Of a stretch of DNA of 64,000 nt, positions 1 through 8,898 are shown piece after piece. The DNA lies in IMG/VR virus record IMGVR_UViG_3300040801_001492, positions 37,446-101,445 of that record, one strand, 5' to 3'. A model generated the notes under the pieces. That model was not told the DNA's origin. It did no database searches and was given only the letters and a program-made list of their open reading frames with translations. The DNA comes from a virus. The first letter of the stretch is position 1; every line of letters begins with the position of its first letter. Both the position numbers and the translations under genes were made by a program.

Positions 1-141
1 CTTGATTTATATATAGATAAGAATCAACCATTTACTTTTTATAATTTATTTCATTCCAATGGATATTATTGGAAACCTTATAAAACAGAACCACGTCTTC
101 GTTGGTTAAGTAAGCATATTAAAAAAACATTAAAACAATAA
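1..141 (+). CDS. 3' end of hypothetical phage protein (partial)
   Basis: Frame 1 open from window edge: ...GYYWKPYKTEPRLRWLSKHIKKTLKQ*, stop TAA at 139-141, next ATG at 144. Confidence 0.6.
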   Translation, partial: LDLYIDKNQPFTFYNLFHSNGYYWKPYKTEPRLRWLSKHIKKTLKQ

Positions 142-143
142 TT

Positions 144-329
144 ATGGAAACATTTGAAGTATATTCTAAAATATTAGATGAAAACATCAAGAAAGATGTT
201 GTTAACTCACCTATCTGGAAAGAATGTTATCATCTAGAAGAAATTGACCCCGATGAAGACTTCTATTGTTATACTATCAAATTTGATGGTGTAAAACCTG
301 TTCAATGTACTAAATATAAAAAGATATGA
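144..329 (+). CDS. hypothetical protein
   Basis: 61-aa ORF, ATGA overlap with next gene. Confidence 0.6.
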   Translation: METFEVYSKILDENIKKDVVNSPIWKECYHLEEIDPDEDFYCYTIKFDGVKPVQCTKYKKI

Positions 330-715
330 AAAAATTATTATTCTTATTACTATTTATACCATTCTTTATAGGCTGTGAAAAAGAACCTATAGATGATGAG
401 GTATGTTGGGAATGTACTATTACCGAAACATTGACACTAAGTGATAGTGATGATTTACAGTATTTTCTTGACCAAGGATATACTGAGGACGATCTTATTT
501 GGCTAAAAGAAGTAAATACATACTGTTATAGTTCTTCTGCTCTTAATAACGAAGGATATACTGTAAAACAATGGGAATATATACTTGAAGATTCTTTTAA
601 TCATTACAGTTCTACAAGAGCAGGTGTACCTGTATATTTTCAAGACGATAGTTTTGTTTTCTCTAAAGTAAGTTATAAAGATAGAGAAGCAGAATGTGTA
701 TTAATAACCAATTAA
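326..715 (+). CDS. predicted lipoprotein
   Basis: MKK + hydrophobic stretch + FIG|C lipobox, followed by acidic EKEPIDDE. Confidence 0.7.
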   Translation: MKKLLFLLLFIPFFIGCEKEPIDDEVCWECTITETLTLSDSDDLQYFLDQGYTEDDLIWLKEVNTYCYSSSALNNEGYTVKQWEYILEDSFNHYSSTRAGVPVYFQDDSFVFSKVSYKDREAECVLITN

Positions 716-727
716 AACCATATAATC

Positions 728-997
728 ATGTTAAAAGTTAATAACCTTAAAGTAAGATGGGCACATAGGTTGCCGTCAAATAATATTGAAGGACTGTCTG
801 TATGCAATGTTTCTGATGAGAAAGAAACTATACTAGGCTCAGGTACATCAACCTGTTCTAAAGAAGATAATTTTTGCTATGATACAGGCCGTAAAATATC
901 ATTAGCAAGAGCACTTAAACAGTCTAATCTTTCTAAAAAAGAAAGAAATGAGATATGGGAAGGATATAGAAATATGACTGAAGAATTAAGATGGTAA
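728..997 (+). CDS. conserved phage hypothetical protein
   Basis: C-x3-D-x-F-x4-G-x2-I-S-L-x-R-A motif typical of a widespread small phage family. Confidence 0.6.
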   Translation: MLKVNNLKVRWAHRLPSNNIEGLSVCNVSDEKETILGSGTSTCSKEDNFCYDTGRKISLARALKQSNLSKKERNEIWEGYRNMTEELRW

Positions 998-1003
998 TAT
1001 ATT

Positions 1004-1366
1004 ATGAAAAAGATATTAATACCAGTTGAAACTAAAGACCGACTACCAGACAAAGATGGCGTTTATAGGACAGACCATGGCTTCGCTATTTTCAATAATG
1101 GCAAATTCACGTCATGTAAATACGGTGATGTTTTAACTTGGCTTGAAGAAGTGTCAGAGGAAGAATATTTGAAGCAGAAGATGAAGGAAGTAAATGATGA
1201 TAGCATTTATTCAATAGACGATATAAACGATCTACTTTATTGTATTCAGTCTTTTATTAGATCATTTTTCATGACTCAAAAATGGAATCATTTTAGAGAA
1301 AATTGGGATCATATTAAAAATGACAATACAATTCTTGGGGAATCAACACAGGAGGAAGAACAATGA
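1004..1366 (+). CDS. hypothetical protein (DUF551-like N-terminus)
   Basis: IPVETKDRLPDKDGVY start motif. Confidence 0.5.
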   Translation: MKKILIPVETKDRLPDKDGVYRTDHGFAIFNNGKFTSCKYGDVLTWLEEVSEEEYLKQKMKEVNDDSIYSIDDINDLLYCIQSFIRSFFMTQKWNHFRENWDHIKNDNTILGESTQEEEQ

Positions 1367-1461
1367 AATTTATTGACTATATAATAGAAAAGATAGTATG
1401 GTTAGCAATAATACTATTTATTGTTGCTATGGTAGTATCAATAATAAAAATATTTTGGTAA
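1363..1461 (+). CDS. small single-TM membrane protein (32 aa, not in ORF track)
   Basis: MKFIDYIIEKIVWLAIILFIVAMVVSIIKIFW*; ATGA overlap with upstream stop. Confidence 0.6.
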   Translation: MKFIDYIIEKIVWLAIILFIVAMVVSIIKIFW

Positions 1462-1462
1462 T

Positions 1463-1561
1463 ATGAATGGAGCTGATATATTCTTAATATTTATACTGAT
1501 ATGGATTATTGGTAATATTATTGCTATGATTATATCAGTAACTAAAAATAGATATAAATGA
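1463..1561 (+). CDS. small single-TM membrane protein (32 aa, not in ORF track)
   Basis: MNGADIFLIFILIWIIGNIIAMIISVTKNRYK*; ATGA overlap with 1558 gene. Confidence 0.6.
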   Translation: MNGADIFLIFILIWIIGNIIAMIISVTKNRYK

Positions 1562-1938
1562 AAGTAATAAAAGACTTTAAATTTAATATATATAAAGTAA
1601 CTACTGAAGATTTTACTGTTAAATGCAATAGAGCACCATTACCTGGTACTTGTGCTACAGATGTACTGATAGAATGGGAAAGAATTAATCATTCAGGTTC
1701 TGATAACAGTAAAAAATTAGCAGAAGCTATAAAAGCTATAGTTAATTATATTATTGAAGATGAAGAAATATATTGTATAGTATTTACTGATTCAGGTGGT
1801 TATGATAATATCTATTCTGTACTAACAGATAAATATTTTACTAAAAAAGAAGGATATACTGTTTTTCAGTATAGACCACATGGAAAAGATAAAGATTATT
1901 ATATGAGACATATAGTATATGTAAAACCTGAAAATTAA
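1558..1938 (+). CDS. hypothetical protein
   Basis: 126-aa ORF in tightly packed operon. Confidence 0.65.
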   Translation: MKVIKDFKFNIYKVTTEDFTVKCNRAPLPGTCATDVLIEWERINHSGSDNSKKLAEAIKAIVNYIIEDEEIYCIVFTDSGGYDNIYSVLTDKYFTKKEGYTVFQYRPHGKDKDYYMRHIVYVKPEN

Positions 1939-1941
1939 GTT

Positions 1942-2220
1942 ATGAAAAAATTTATACTAATATTTATAGGTATAGTTAGTATACTTATAGAATTTTTATT
2001 AATATTAGCTGTAGTAAATATTATTATAGCTGCTATAGGAAAACCATTATTGTTGTCTATAATATTATATGTAATAGCTATATTAATATTATTTTTGTTT
2101 GTATTAGGAGTAGTATTTATTAGTGAATATATTAATACAATTATTCAACTATTTAAATATGAAAAAGCATTGAAAAAACATAATGACTTTATTAATACTA
2201 ATTTAAAGAAAACTAAATAA
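1942..2220 (+). CDS. two-TM membrane protein
   Basis: Two long hydrophobic segments, basic C-terminal tail. Confidence 0.65.
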   Translation: MKKFILIFIGIVSILIEFLLILAVVNIIIAAIGKPLLLSIILYVIAILILFLFVLGVVFISEYINTIIQLFKYEKALKKHNDFINTNLKKTK

Positions 2221-2337
2221 AGATGTTATCTTTCGTTGTTTTGTAATAGTTTGCAATATGGTTTTTTTATAATCGTGTTACATTCTAAATAAATGGCGAA
2301 TTAAAGCTGGCTGCCTAGTAGGTAGTTTTTAAGGTTG

Positions 2338-2369
2338 AGAGGGGAAGACGGCAAACTTCCCCTCTTTTT
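2338..2369 (+). terminator. Rho-independent terminator
   Basis: AGAGGGGAAG-ACGGCAAA-CTTCCCCTCT hairpin followed by T run. Confidence 0.8.
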
Positions 2370-2390
2370 ATTAACTAAAAATTTATTAAA

Positions 2391-2576
2391 ATGAGAGATT
2401 CATTGAAAATTATGCTTTACCTTATTATGAGTGTTGTTATATTAGTCATAGTATGGGTTATTATCTGTCCTATTTTATTAAATGGAGAAACTGTTCTAGA
2501 AAAAGTAGGAGGATTTGTTCTTCTAATAGGTACTCCTGCTATTATATTATTAGCTTCAGATAGATTTATTAACTAA
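2391..2576 (+). CDS. two-TM membrane protein
   Basis: 61 aa, two hydrophobic helices. Confidence 0.6.
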   Translation: MRDSLKIMLYLIMSVVILVIVWVIICPILLNGETVLEKVGGFVLLIGTPAIILLASDRFIN

Positions 2577-2590
2577 CTAAATATAAAACT

Positions 2591-2773
2591 ATGAAAACTA
2601 CATCCGACGAAATGAAGAAAGCCAAACGTATAGCTATGCGTGATATGCTTAGCGAATCTGTTAGTGATAAGCTAGCAATGGGAGTTGTTAAACCTTTCTT
2701 TCTAATACATGAGAAAGATATTTTATTGTATTCTAAAAGTAATATAAATGAAACGTATCCATTATACCAATAA
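2591..2773 (+). CDS. hypothetical protein
   Basis: 60-aa ORF with A-rich Bacteroidota-type start context (TAAAACTATG). Confidence 0.55.
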   Translation: MKTTSDEMKKAKRIAMRDMLSESVSDKLAMGVVKPFFLIHEKDILLYSKSNINETYPLYQ

Positions 2774-3221
2774 AGACTATATAGACGTAACTAGAGAATA
2801 TCATTCAACTGATATGTGGCTTAAACCGATAGGATTATGGTATTCATTAGACTATGTATGGGAACAGGTATGTATTGGTTACAATGTACCTTGTGGTAAG
2901 AATAAACTTTTACTGGATATTATTGATGAAGGTATATTTATTATTGATTCATTAGATAAGCTAAGAGTATTTATAGATAAATATGCTGACCTAGATAAAG
3001 GATTTATTAACTGGACAAGTGTACAGAATAAATATGATGGTTTCGAAGTACGTAACTATAACTATATACTAAGCCAGATAAGAAAATATTATCCTTATGA
3101 GCTTGAATATATTTGGTTTAACTCACTTGATTGTGCTAGTGGATGTTTATGGAATTTGTCAGCAATTCATAGTATTACAAAATTAGAGGAAAGCTTACAG
3201 AAATCTGGGGTTTTCTCATAA
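2748..3221 (+). CDS. conserved phage protein, possible ADP-ribosyltransferase-like fold
   Basis: RIHYT...KPIGLWYS...W..V..KYDGFEV...DCASGCLWN motif order; fold assignment is inference. Confidence 0.4.
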   Translation: MKRIHYTNKDYIDVTREYHSTDMWLKPIGLWYSLDYVWEQVCIGYNVPCGKNKLLLDIIDEGIFIIDSLDKLRVFIDKYADLDKGFINWTSVQNKYDGFEVRNYNYILSQIRKYYPYELEYIWFNSLDCASGCLWNLSAIHSITKLEESLQKSGVFS

Positions 3222-3234
3222 AATATATATAATT

Positions 3235-3633
3235 ATGGAGAAATTAAAATTAGATGGCTACAAACATGATAAAAGACAATCATTACGTACTTTTATTACT
3301 AATTTTCTTAAAACCTATAATCGAGAATATCATACCTTATATGCAGAAGGAGAGAATGAAGGATTATTACAGACACCTTGGCGATGCTCACGTTCACTAG
3401 GTGATATAACAGCTATATGTAACTATTACTATCCTGATACAACGAAAGAGGAAGTAAAGGAAATACTATTAGGATCGGGTAAGAATCTAGTAGGACATTA
3501 TTGTAGTGATATACATAAAAGAGTGTATGAACATTTATCTATACATCCTGGTTGGGTTCAAGCTGATAATGGTATGTTTGATGAATATGGTGATGAAATA
3601 ACATATAATGACTATGAAGATAAGAATACATGA
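3235..3633 (+). CDS. hypothetical protein
   Basis: 132 aa; shares CxD[IV]xxRV[YF] and DE[YF]G with next ORF. Confidence 0.7.
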   Translation: MEKLKLDGYKHDKRQSLRTFITNFLKTYNREYHTLYAEGENEGLLQTPWRCSRSLGDITAICNYYYPDTTKEEVKEILLGSGKNLVGHYCSDIHKRVYEHLSIHPGWVQADNGMFDEYGDEITYNDYEDKNT

Positions 3634-4438
3634 TGAATTAAATTATCCTTTTAGTTCAATAGAAAAAGAATTATTTATAAGAGCACATGCTGACATAAAA
3701 AGTATACACTTAGCACACTCTGATAGTATAAATACCATTGATTTAATACGTAAAATATCTAAATATTTACATTTAACAGGCTTATATACTCTTTATGATG
3801 AAAAATCTAAATATATACTAGATAGGAAATTAACTGATATACAGTGGATGGGTTTACATACATTAGTAATACTTACTGTATCAGCATTAAATCAATATTC
3901 TGATAATATTATTTACTATAAACCAGGTAACCATATAGAAACTCCTTTTAGTACAACACTAACAACATTAGTAAAAGTATTAGATTATCTATGTGGTAAA
4001 ATATTCTATGTTAATGAAATTGAATATTCCGTATGGTTTAATATTTATCATAATATATTAGGTAGTATATTATGTCCTGATGTTGGTGCTAGAGTTTTCT
4101 TTAATGAGAATATATATATATCACTAGAATTAGTTAAAAATCTCCTTAGTCAGGATAATATAAAAGATATTTATAGAATTATATTAATAGAATCCGATGA
4201 ACCGAGTAAATATGCTCTTAGTTTAGGCGACCTTGATTATAGAGATGAATTTGGATATACAGTATATGATATATTAGATAGTTTAAAGAGAACTATTGTT
4301 TTTGATAAGGAGATAGATGATGATATGTATCATATAAATGAGGATGTTACTGGTATCCTTAAATGTAACACTAATATTATAAATTATACTAATTACGATA
4401 AAATGGTTAAAAAATATACAGATGAAAAGAAGACTTAA
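3608..4438 (+). CDS. hypothetical protein (possible distant paralogue of 3235-3633)
   Basis: 276 aa; CPDVGARVF...DEFG. Confidence 0.65.
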   Translation: MTMKIRIHDELNYPFSSIEKELFIRAHADIKSIHLAHSDSINTIDLIRKISKYLHLTGLYTLYDEKSKYILDRKLTDIQWMGLHTLVILTVSALNQYSDNIIYYKPGNHIETPFSTTLTTLVKVLDYLCGKIFYVNEIEYSVWFNIYHNILGSILCPDVGARVFFNENIYISLELVKNLLSQDNIKDIYRIILIESDEPSKYALSLGDLDYRDEFGYTVYDILDSLKRTIVFDKEIDDDMYHINEDVTGILKCNTNIINYTNYDKMVKKYTDEKKT

Positions 4439-5594
4439 AGAAAATATTGCAGATAATTCAGATGGAACAACTTCATTTACTACTTCCAATGGTGCAAGTT
4501 GGAATATATATGATGTAGAACAGGTTAAGTTTGATACTTTACAAGAATACTTAAAAGAAAGCAGAGAAGCAATGAAAATACAAAATTTTGAAGCACGACA
4601 ACCTTTTATACCAGAAGAAGCTGTAAAAGAAGAACCGAAAACCAAATTACCAAAGAAAGTGAGTAAGTTTATTAATGATATGAGAGAGAAATATGAGCAG
4701 TTACAGCAAAATAAAGAACTATCTGTATCTTCTTTGTCTAATAAAGAAAGCTCATTAGAAGATTTATTTGAAACAGATATATTGTCCTGCGTATATAATA
4801 GTTCTGTATCTTATTATCTATGGCATTCTTATCGAACTACTAAGAATCCTATATATTTATTAGCTCTTTTTATAGGTGCTAATATTTTAAGAACTGATAT
4901 ACACATTAGGATAGCTTACCAATGTGCATCTAGTTTACCTTTAGATGATAGTACAGAAAGTAAGAAAAAGTTTGAATCTGTTTTGAATAGAATATATGCT
5001 CCTGGTAATTTTGATAGACGTATAAGAGGATTATTAACAAGTATACCTGGATATAAGGCTAGTAGTGATACTGAACTAATAATAGATAGTAAAAACATGT
5101 TAGAAGATATTTTACCTATAATGTTAGAACATTTTAAAAATGGTGTAGTATATCCTGAGTTTAATATCAGCGATTACTATAGTTTATTAGAACTAAAACG
5201 TACAATACGTAAGTATAATATAACTACATGTAAGCTATTAGATAAAATATTATCTTTTAAAAAAAGCATGGAATTTGAATCTATTATAATGGGTTTAACT
5301 ATAGTATATATGCCCTATGAAAATATGATGATAGCATGTTTTGCTGAGGTAAATAATGTATTATCTTCTATTAAATTATCACGCCATCATATAAAAAGTT
5401 TTAATATGTTTTTGGAAAAATATAATACAAATAATTTGGTTAAGAGCAAAAAAAGTAGTATGTTAGAACCAGTAACTATTGATGGTAAGGTATATGATAA
5501 GCATATTATTAACCAAGCTATTGAAGATTCTTTAGATGATGTATTGTTAAATGTTGAAATAGAGGAGGAACTAAATGAAGAAGAAGAAAGCTAA
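4422..5594 (+). CDS. hypothetical protein
   Basis: 390-aa ORF with acidic C-terminus. Confidence 0.7.
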   Translation: MKRRLKENIADNSDGTTSFTTSNGASWNIYDVEQVKFDTLQEYLKESREAMKIQNFEARQPFIPEEAVKEEPKTKLPKKVSKFINDMREKYEQLQQNKELSVSSLSNKESSLEDLFETDILSCVYNSSVSYYLWHSYRTTKNPIYLLALFIGANILRTDIHIRIAYQCASSLPLDDSTESKKKFESVLNRIYAPGNFDRRIRGLLTSIPGYKASSDTELIIDSKNMLEDILPIMLEHFKNGVVYPEFNISDYYSLLELKRTIRKYNITTCKLLDKILSFKKSMEFESIIMGLTIVYMPYENMMIACFAEVNNVLSSIKLSRHHIKSFNMFLEKYNTNNLVKSKKSSMLEPVTIDGKVYDKHIINQAIEDSLDDVLLNVEIEEELNEEEES

Positions 5595-5718
5595 AAAGCC
5601 TATAATAGGTTTAGGTAAAAGTAGTTTACCTAAGGGACATCTTATATATGATGAGAATGAGTTAGAGAGAGAAACGCTTAAAATTAAATATTATGAGAGG
5701 ATTAAGATTAATTATTGA
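5575..5718 (+). CDS. small basic hypothetical protein (47 aa, not in ORF track)
   Basis: MKKKKAKKPIIGLGKSSLPKGHLIYDENELERETLKIKYYERIKINY*; fills gap and overlaps both neighbours. Confidence 0.5.
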   Translation: MKKKKAKKPIIGLGKSSLPKGHLIYDENELERETLKIKYYERIKINY

Positions 5719-6274
5719 TCTTACACGTGTAGTAGCTAATGAAATAACAATAACTGAGTATTTATCTTTATATTATATTAAACTAGTTAATGCAGGCGAA
5801 GATCATAAATTATTCTTTAAATCGTTTTTACCTTCTGATAAGGATTATACATATTTAGGACAGAAAGGATTTGTTGTCACATCTGCTTTTAGTAAGTCAC
5901 AATATGAACTAACAGATAAAGGTAGAAAACTATTTCCTAACATAGATAATTCATTTGAAGAATTTTATAATATGTTTCCACATAAAGTACCTGATAGTAC
6001 AGGGCACTATAGACCAGTATCTACTAAGGATATAACAAGTGTAAGTGCTCAGGCTACTCGTAAGCTGTGGAATAGAATAATTGGGTCTAATCCTTCATTA
6101 CAGGATAATATTATTGAAGGACTAAAGAAAGAGTTGAAATATAGAGAACGTAGTGGTACAATGATGTACCTTAATAATATAGATACGTGGTTACGTAATT
6201 ATACATGGGAAAAATGGTTAGCTGATATTAATGATGAGGAGAAAAATGTGAATGGTAGTATGACAAAAATTTAA
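5693..6274 (+). CDS. putative replication initiator / helicase-loader partner
   Basis: wHTH-like N-terminus (YELTDKGRKL), FEEFYNMFP and YLNNIDTWLRNYTWE motifs; directly upstream of DnaB. Confidence 0.55.
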   Translation: MRGLRLIIDLTRVVANEITITEYLSLYYIKLVNAGEDHKLFFKSFLPSDKDYTYLGQKGFVVTSAFSKSQYELTDKGRKLFPNIDNSFEEFYNMFPHKVPDSTGHYRPVSTKDITSVSAQATRKLWNRIIGSNPSLQDNIIEGLKKELKYRERSGTMMYLNNIDTWLRNYTWEKWLADINDEEKNVNGSMTKI

Positions 6275-6291
6275 ACTTTTTTAATTAAAAA

Positions 6292-6323
6292 TTTGTAATT
6301 TTCGCATATTTTAGTTATATTTG
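6292..6323 (+). promoter_or_regulatory. Bacteroidota sigma-A promoter (-33/-7)
   Basis: TTTG (6292-6295) + 20 nt + TATATTTG (6316-6323) upstream of helicase. Confidence 0.8.
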
Positions 6324-6347
6324 TAGAAAGATTTGTGGGGAGAAAAT

Positions 6348-7481
6348 ATGCACTATAAAGAGACGTTAAAACAATTACAGCTAAATAAACAGAAACGTTT
6401 AGCTGGTGATGTAATATCTATACCATGGTCATTACCTAGATTATCTAAGATATTACCTGGTATTGAAAAATCAAGATACTATTTAGTTACTGCAAGTGCC
6501 AAAGCAGGAAAATCGCAACTCACTGATTATCTGTTTGTTTACCAACCTATCGAATGGTTGATGAACAATATGGATTCTAATATATCACTAAAGATATTCT
6601 ATTTTTCTTTAGAGATGTCTATTAAGGCTAAGTTGCTATCTGCTATGTGCTATAAGCTTTTTCAGGAGCATCAGATTGTTATTAGTCCTCAGGATTTAAG
6701 TTCGGTATTTTCATCTTATATTATGGATGATGAAATTGAACAGCTTATTCAAGAGGAGAAATTTACTCATTGGTTTGATACATTAGAATCGGTAGTTACC
6801 TATCATGATGATGTACGCAATCCTTATGGTATATTTAAAGTAATAAAATCTTATGCTGAACATCCTGATAATGGTAGATACACATATAAATCTATACCAT
6901 GGCAGAATGATGACGGTACGTTTATTCAAAAGACAGTAAGGGATAAATATATTCCTGTCCGTCCTAATGAATATGTACTTATTATTGTTGACCATATAGG
7001 TTTATTACAGCCTAAGGCTGGTGATAATCTACACCAGGCTATTAGTGAGTTTAGTAGCGGATATTGTCTTGAGATGCGTGATAGATGGGGTTATTCGCCT
7101 GTAATAGTACAGCAACAAACAGCCGATTCTTCTAAGGCACAATTTACTGTCAGAGGAGATACTATTATAGATAAGATTAAACCTGATCAAGAAGGGCTGG
7201 CTGATAATAAATATACAGCCAGGGATGTAGACTTGATGATTAGTTTATTCTATCCTAAGAGATATAATATAAATTTCTATGAAGGAATAGATTTAACTAA
7301 GATCGGAGAGCAACATAGAGAGTTTGCAATTAATTTAAACAGAAATGGTATATCTAATGCATCATTACAGTTATTTTTTGTAGGTTCAAATTCTTATTTT
7401 GAAGAATTACCTAAGGAGATAAATGATTTTGATTATGAAAGATATAATCAACTGTTAACTAAAAATAAGAGGAATAAATAA
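6348..7481 (+). CDS. dnaB: replicative DnaB-like (SF4) helicase
   Basis: Walker A ASAKAGKS, FSLEMS, Walker B IIVDHIGLL, VQQQ; ATG at 6348 preferred over TTG at 6333. Confidence 0.85.
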   Translation: MHYKETLKQLQLNKQKRLAGDVISIPWSLPRLSKILPGIEKSRYYLVTASAKAGKSQLTDYLFVYQPIEWLMNNMDSNISLKIFYFSLEMSIKAKLLSAMCYKLFQEHQIVISPQDLSSVFSSYIMDDEIEQLIQEEKFTHWFDTLESVVTYHDDVRNPYGIFKVIKSYAEHPDNGRYTYKSIPWQNDDGTFIQKTVRDKYIPVRPNEYVLIIVDHIGLLQPKAGDNLHQAISEFSSGYCLEMRDRWGYSPVIVQQQTADSSKAQFTVRGDTIIDKIKPDQEGLADNKYTARDVDLMISLFYPKRYNINFYEGIDLTKIGEQHREFAINLNRNGISNASLQLFFVGSNSYFEELPKEINDFDYERYNQLLTKNKRNK

Positions 7482-7482
7482 T

Positions 7483-8187
7483 ATGTCAGAATTAATAGGA
7501 ATTGTAGGAGCAACTGGTACAGGAAAAAGTACAGCTATCATGCAAGACCCTGATTTAGGTATTGAAGGATTAAATCCTAAGGAAACATTTATTATCAATA
7601 TAGCAAATAAACCATTGCCATTTAAAGGATGGAAGAAACACTTTATTCCTTTGAATAAGGATGGGGAAGGAAACTTGCTTAATTCTGATAATCCAATAGA
7701 TGTACTAAAAGTACTGGATTATATAGATAAGGTAAGAACAGATATTAAATATATTATAATAGATGATTTTCAATACGTACTTGCCTTTGAATTTATGTCT
7801 AAAGCTTTAGAAAAAGGCTTTGACAAGTTTTCTATAATGGCAAAAAATGCTTTCGATATACTTAATAAAGGACGTAAGCTAAGAGATGACCTTAAAGTAT
7901 TTGTACTTACTCATTCAGAAGAGTATCAGAAAGATTTTGAAACTGTACGTAAGATGAAAACAATCGGCAAACTTTTGGACGATAAGGTAACATTGGAAGG
8001 CTTATTTACTGTATTATTATATACCCATTCGGAATGGGATGATAAGGCAGAAAAAGGCAGTTACTTCTTTGTTACTAATAGAACAAATGATTACCCCGCC
8101 AAGAGTCCTGTACGTATGTTTGATAGTATAAAGATACCTAATGATTTGGGCTTTGTTAGCCGTAAGATTGATGAATATAATAAATAA
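7483..8187 (+). CDS. Sak4-like / AAA_24 ATPase (recombination, strand annealing)
   Basis: GATGTGKS, IIIDDFQY, LTH, KTIGKLLD..TLEGLF, PAKSP. Confidence 0.8.
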   Translation: MSELIGIVGATGTGKSTAIMQDPDLGIEGLNPKETFIINIANKPLPFKGWKKHFIPLNKDGEGNLLNSDNPIDVLKVLDYIDKVRTDIKYIIIDDFQYVLAFEFMSKALEKGFDKFSIMAKNAFDILNKGRKLRDDLKVFVLTHSEEYQKDFETVRKMKTIGKLLDDKVTLEGLFTVLLYTHSEWDDKAEKGSYFFVTNRTNDYPAKSPVRMFDSIKIPNDLGFVSRKIDEYNK

Positions 8188-8204
8188 TAATTTAATTAAA
8201 AACT

Positions 8205-8816
8205 ATGAGTGGAATTAATTTTAACAATGAGAGCGAGTTTATTAATGAAGTGAGTATTTTTAACAATGGCGAACCAGGTATTGTTGAGAATGTTAAAGTG
8301 AGAGTAGAGGTGAAGTCTCCTGAAGATGAAGATAAGAAACCTGCATATAAGTTTATTGCTCAAGATAAGCATGGAGAGATTAACGAAGGATTTTTCTATT
8401 ATGAATCAGCCGAAGATAAAGGATTCAAGAATTATCAAGCACAGAGACTTATAAGGTTAGCTAAGGGAGTACTTGGGGATGATGTTGAATTTCCAGTTTT
8501 TAATACACCAAAAGAGGCACTAGATAATATTATGAAGATGGTTGCTAAAGGTTGTAAAGATAAATATTATCGTGTAGCTGTATGCTACGGTACAACCAGA
8601 AGGCCCGATTCATATCTACGCTTTAGATCATTTGGTCGTTTTATTGAGCCTATGTCGGTTGAACCGGCTACATTAAAGTTTGATAATAGCGATAATATGG
8701 TTAAGAAAGCTATAGAACCTACTAGTGAACAGTTGTTAGTACAACAGATGAACCAAAACCTACCAGAACAACCATCACCTTCTCCAGATGAAGAGAAGAG
8801 TGATCTACCGTTCTAG
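8205..8816 (+). CDS. putative single-stranded DNA-binding protein
   Basis: Follows Sak4-like gene; Pro-rich acidic tail ending DLPF. Confidence 0.6.
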   Translation: MSGINFNNESEFINEVSIFNNGEPGIVENVKVRVEVKSPEDEDKKPAYKFIAQDKHGEINEGFFYYESAEDKGFKNYQAQRLIRLAKGVLGDDVEFPVFNTPKEALDNIMKMVAKGCKDKYYRVAVCYGTTRRPDSYLRFRSFGRFIEPMSVEPATLKFDNSDNMVKKAIEPTSEQLLVQQMNQNLPEQPSPSPDEEKSDLPF

Positions 8817-8852
8817 GTAGAATATTTTCTCAGTATAATTATATAACCATTG

Positions 8853-8886
8853 AAAGTAGGCTCCTATATTGGGGCCTACTTTTTTT
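8853..8886 (+). terminator. Rho-independent terminator
   Basis: AAAGTAGGCTCC-TATATT-GGGGCCTACTTT hairpin + T run. Confidence 0.8.
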
Positions 8887-8898
8887 ATCTATCTATAT

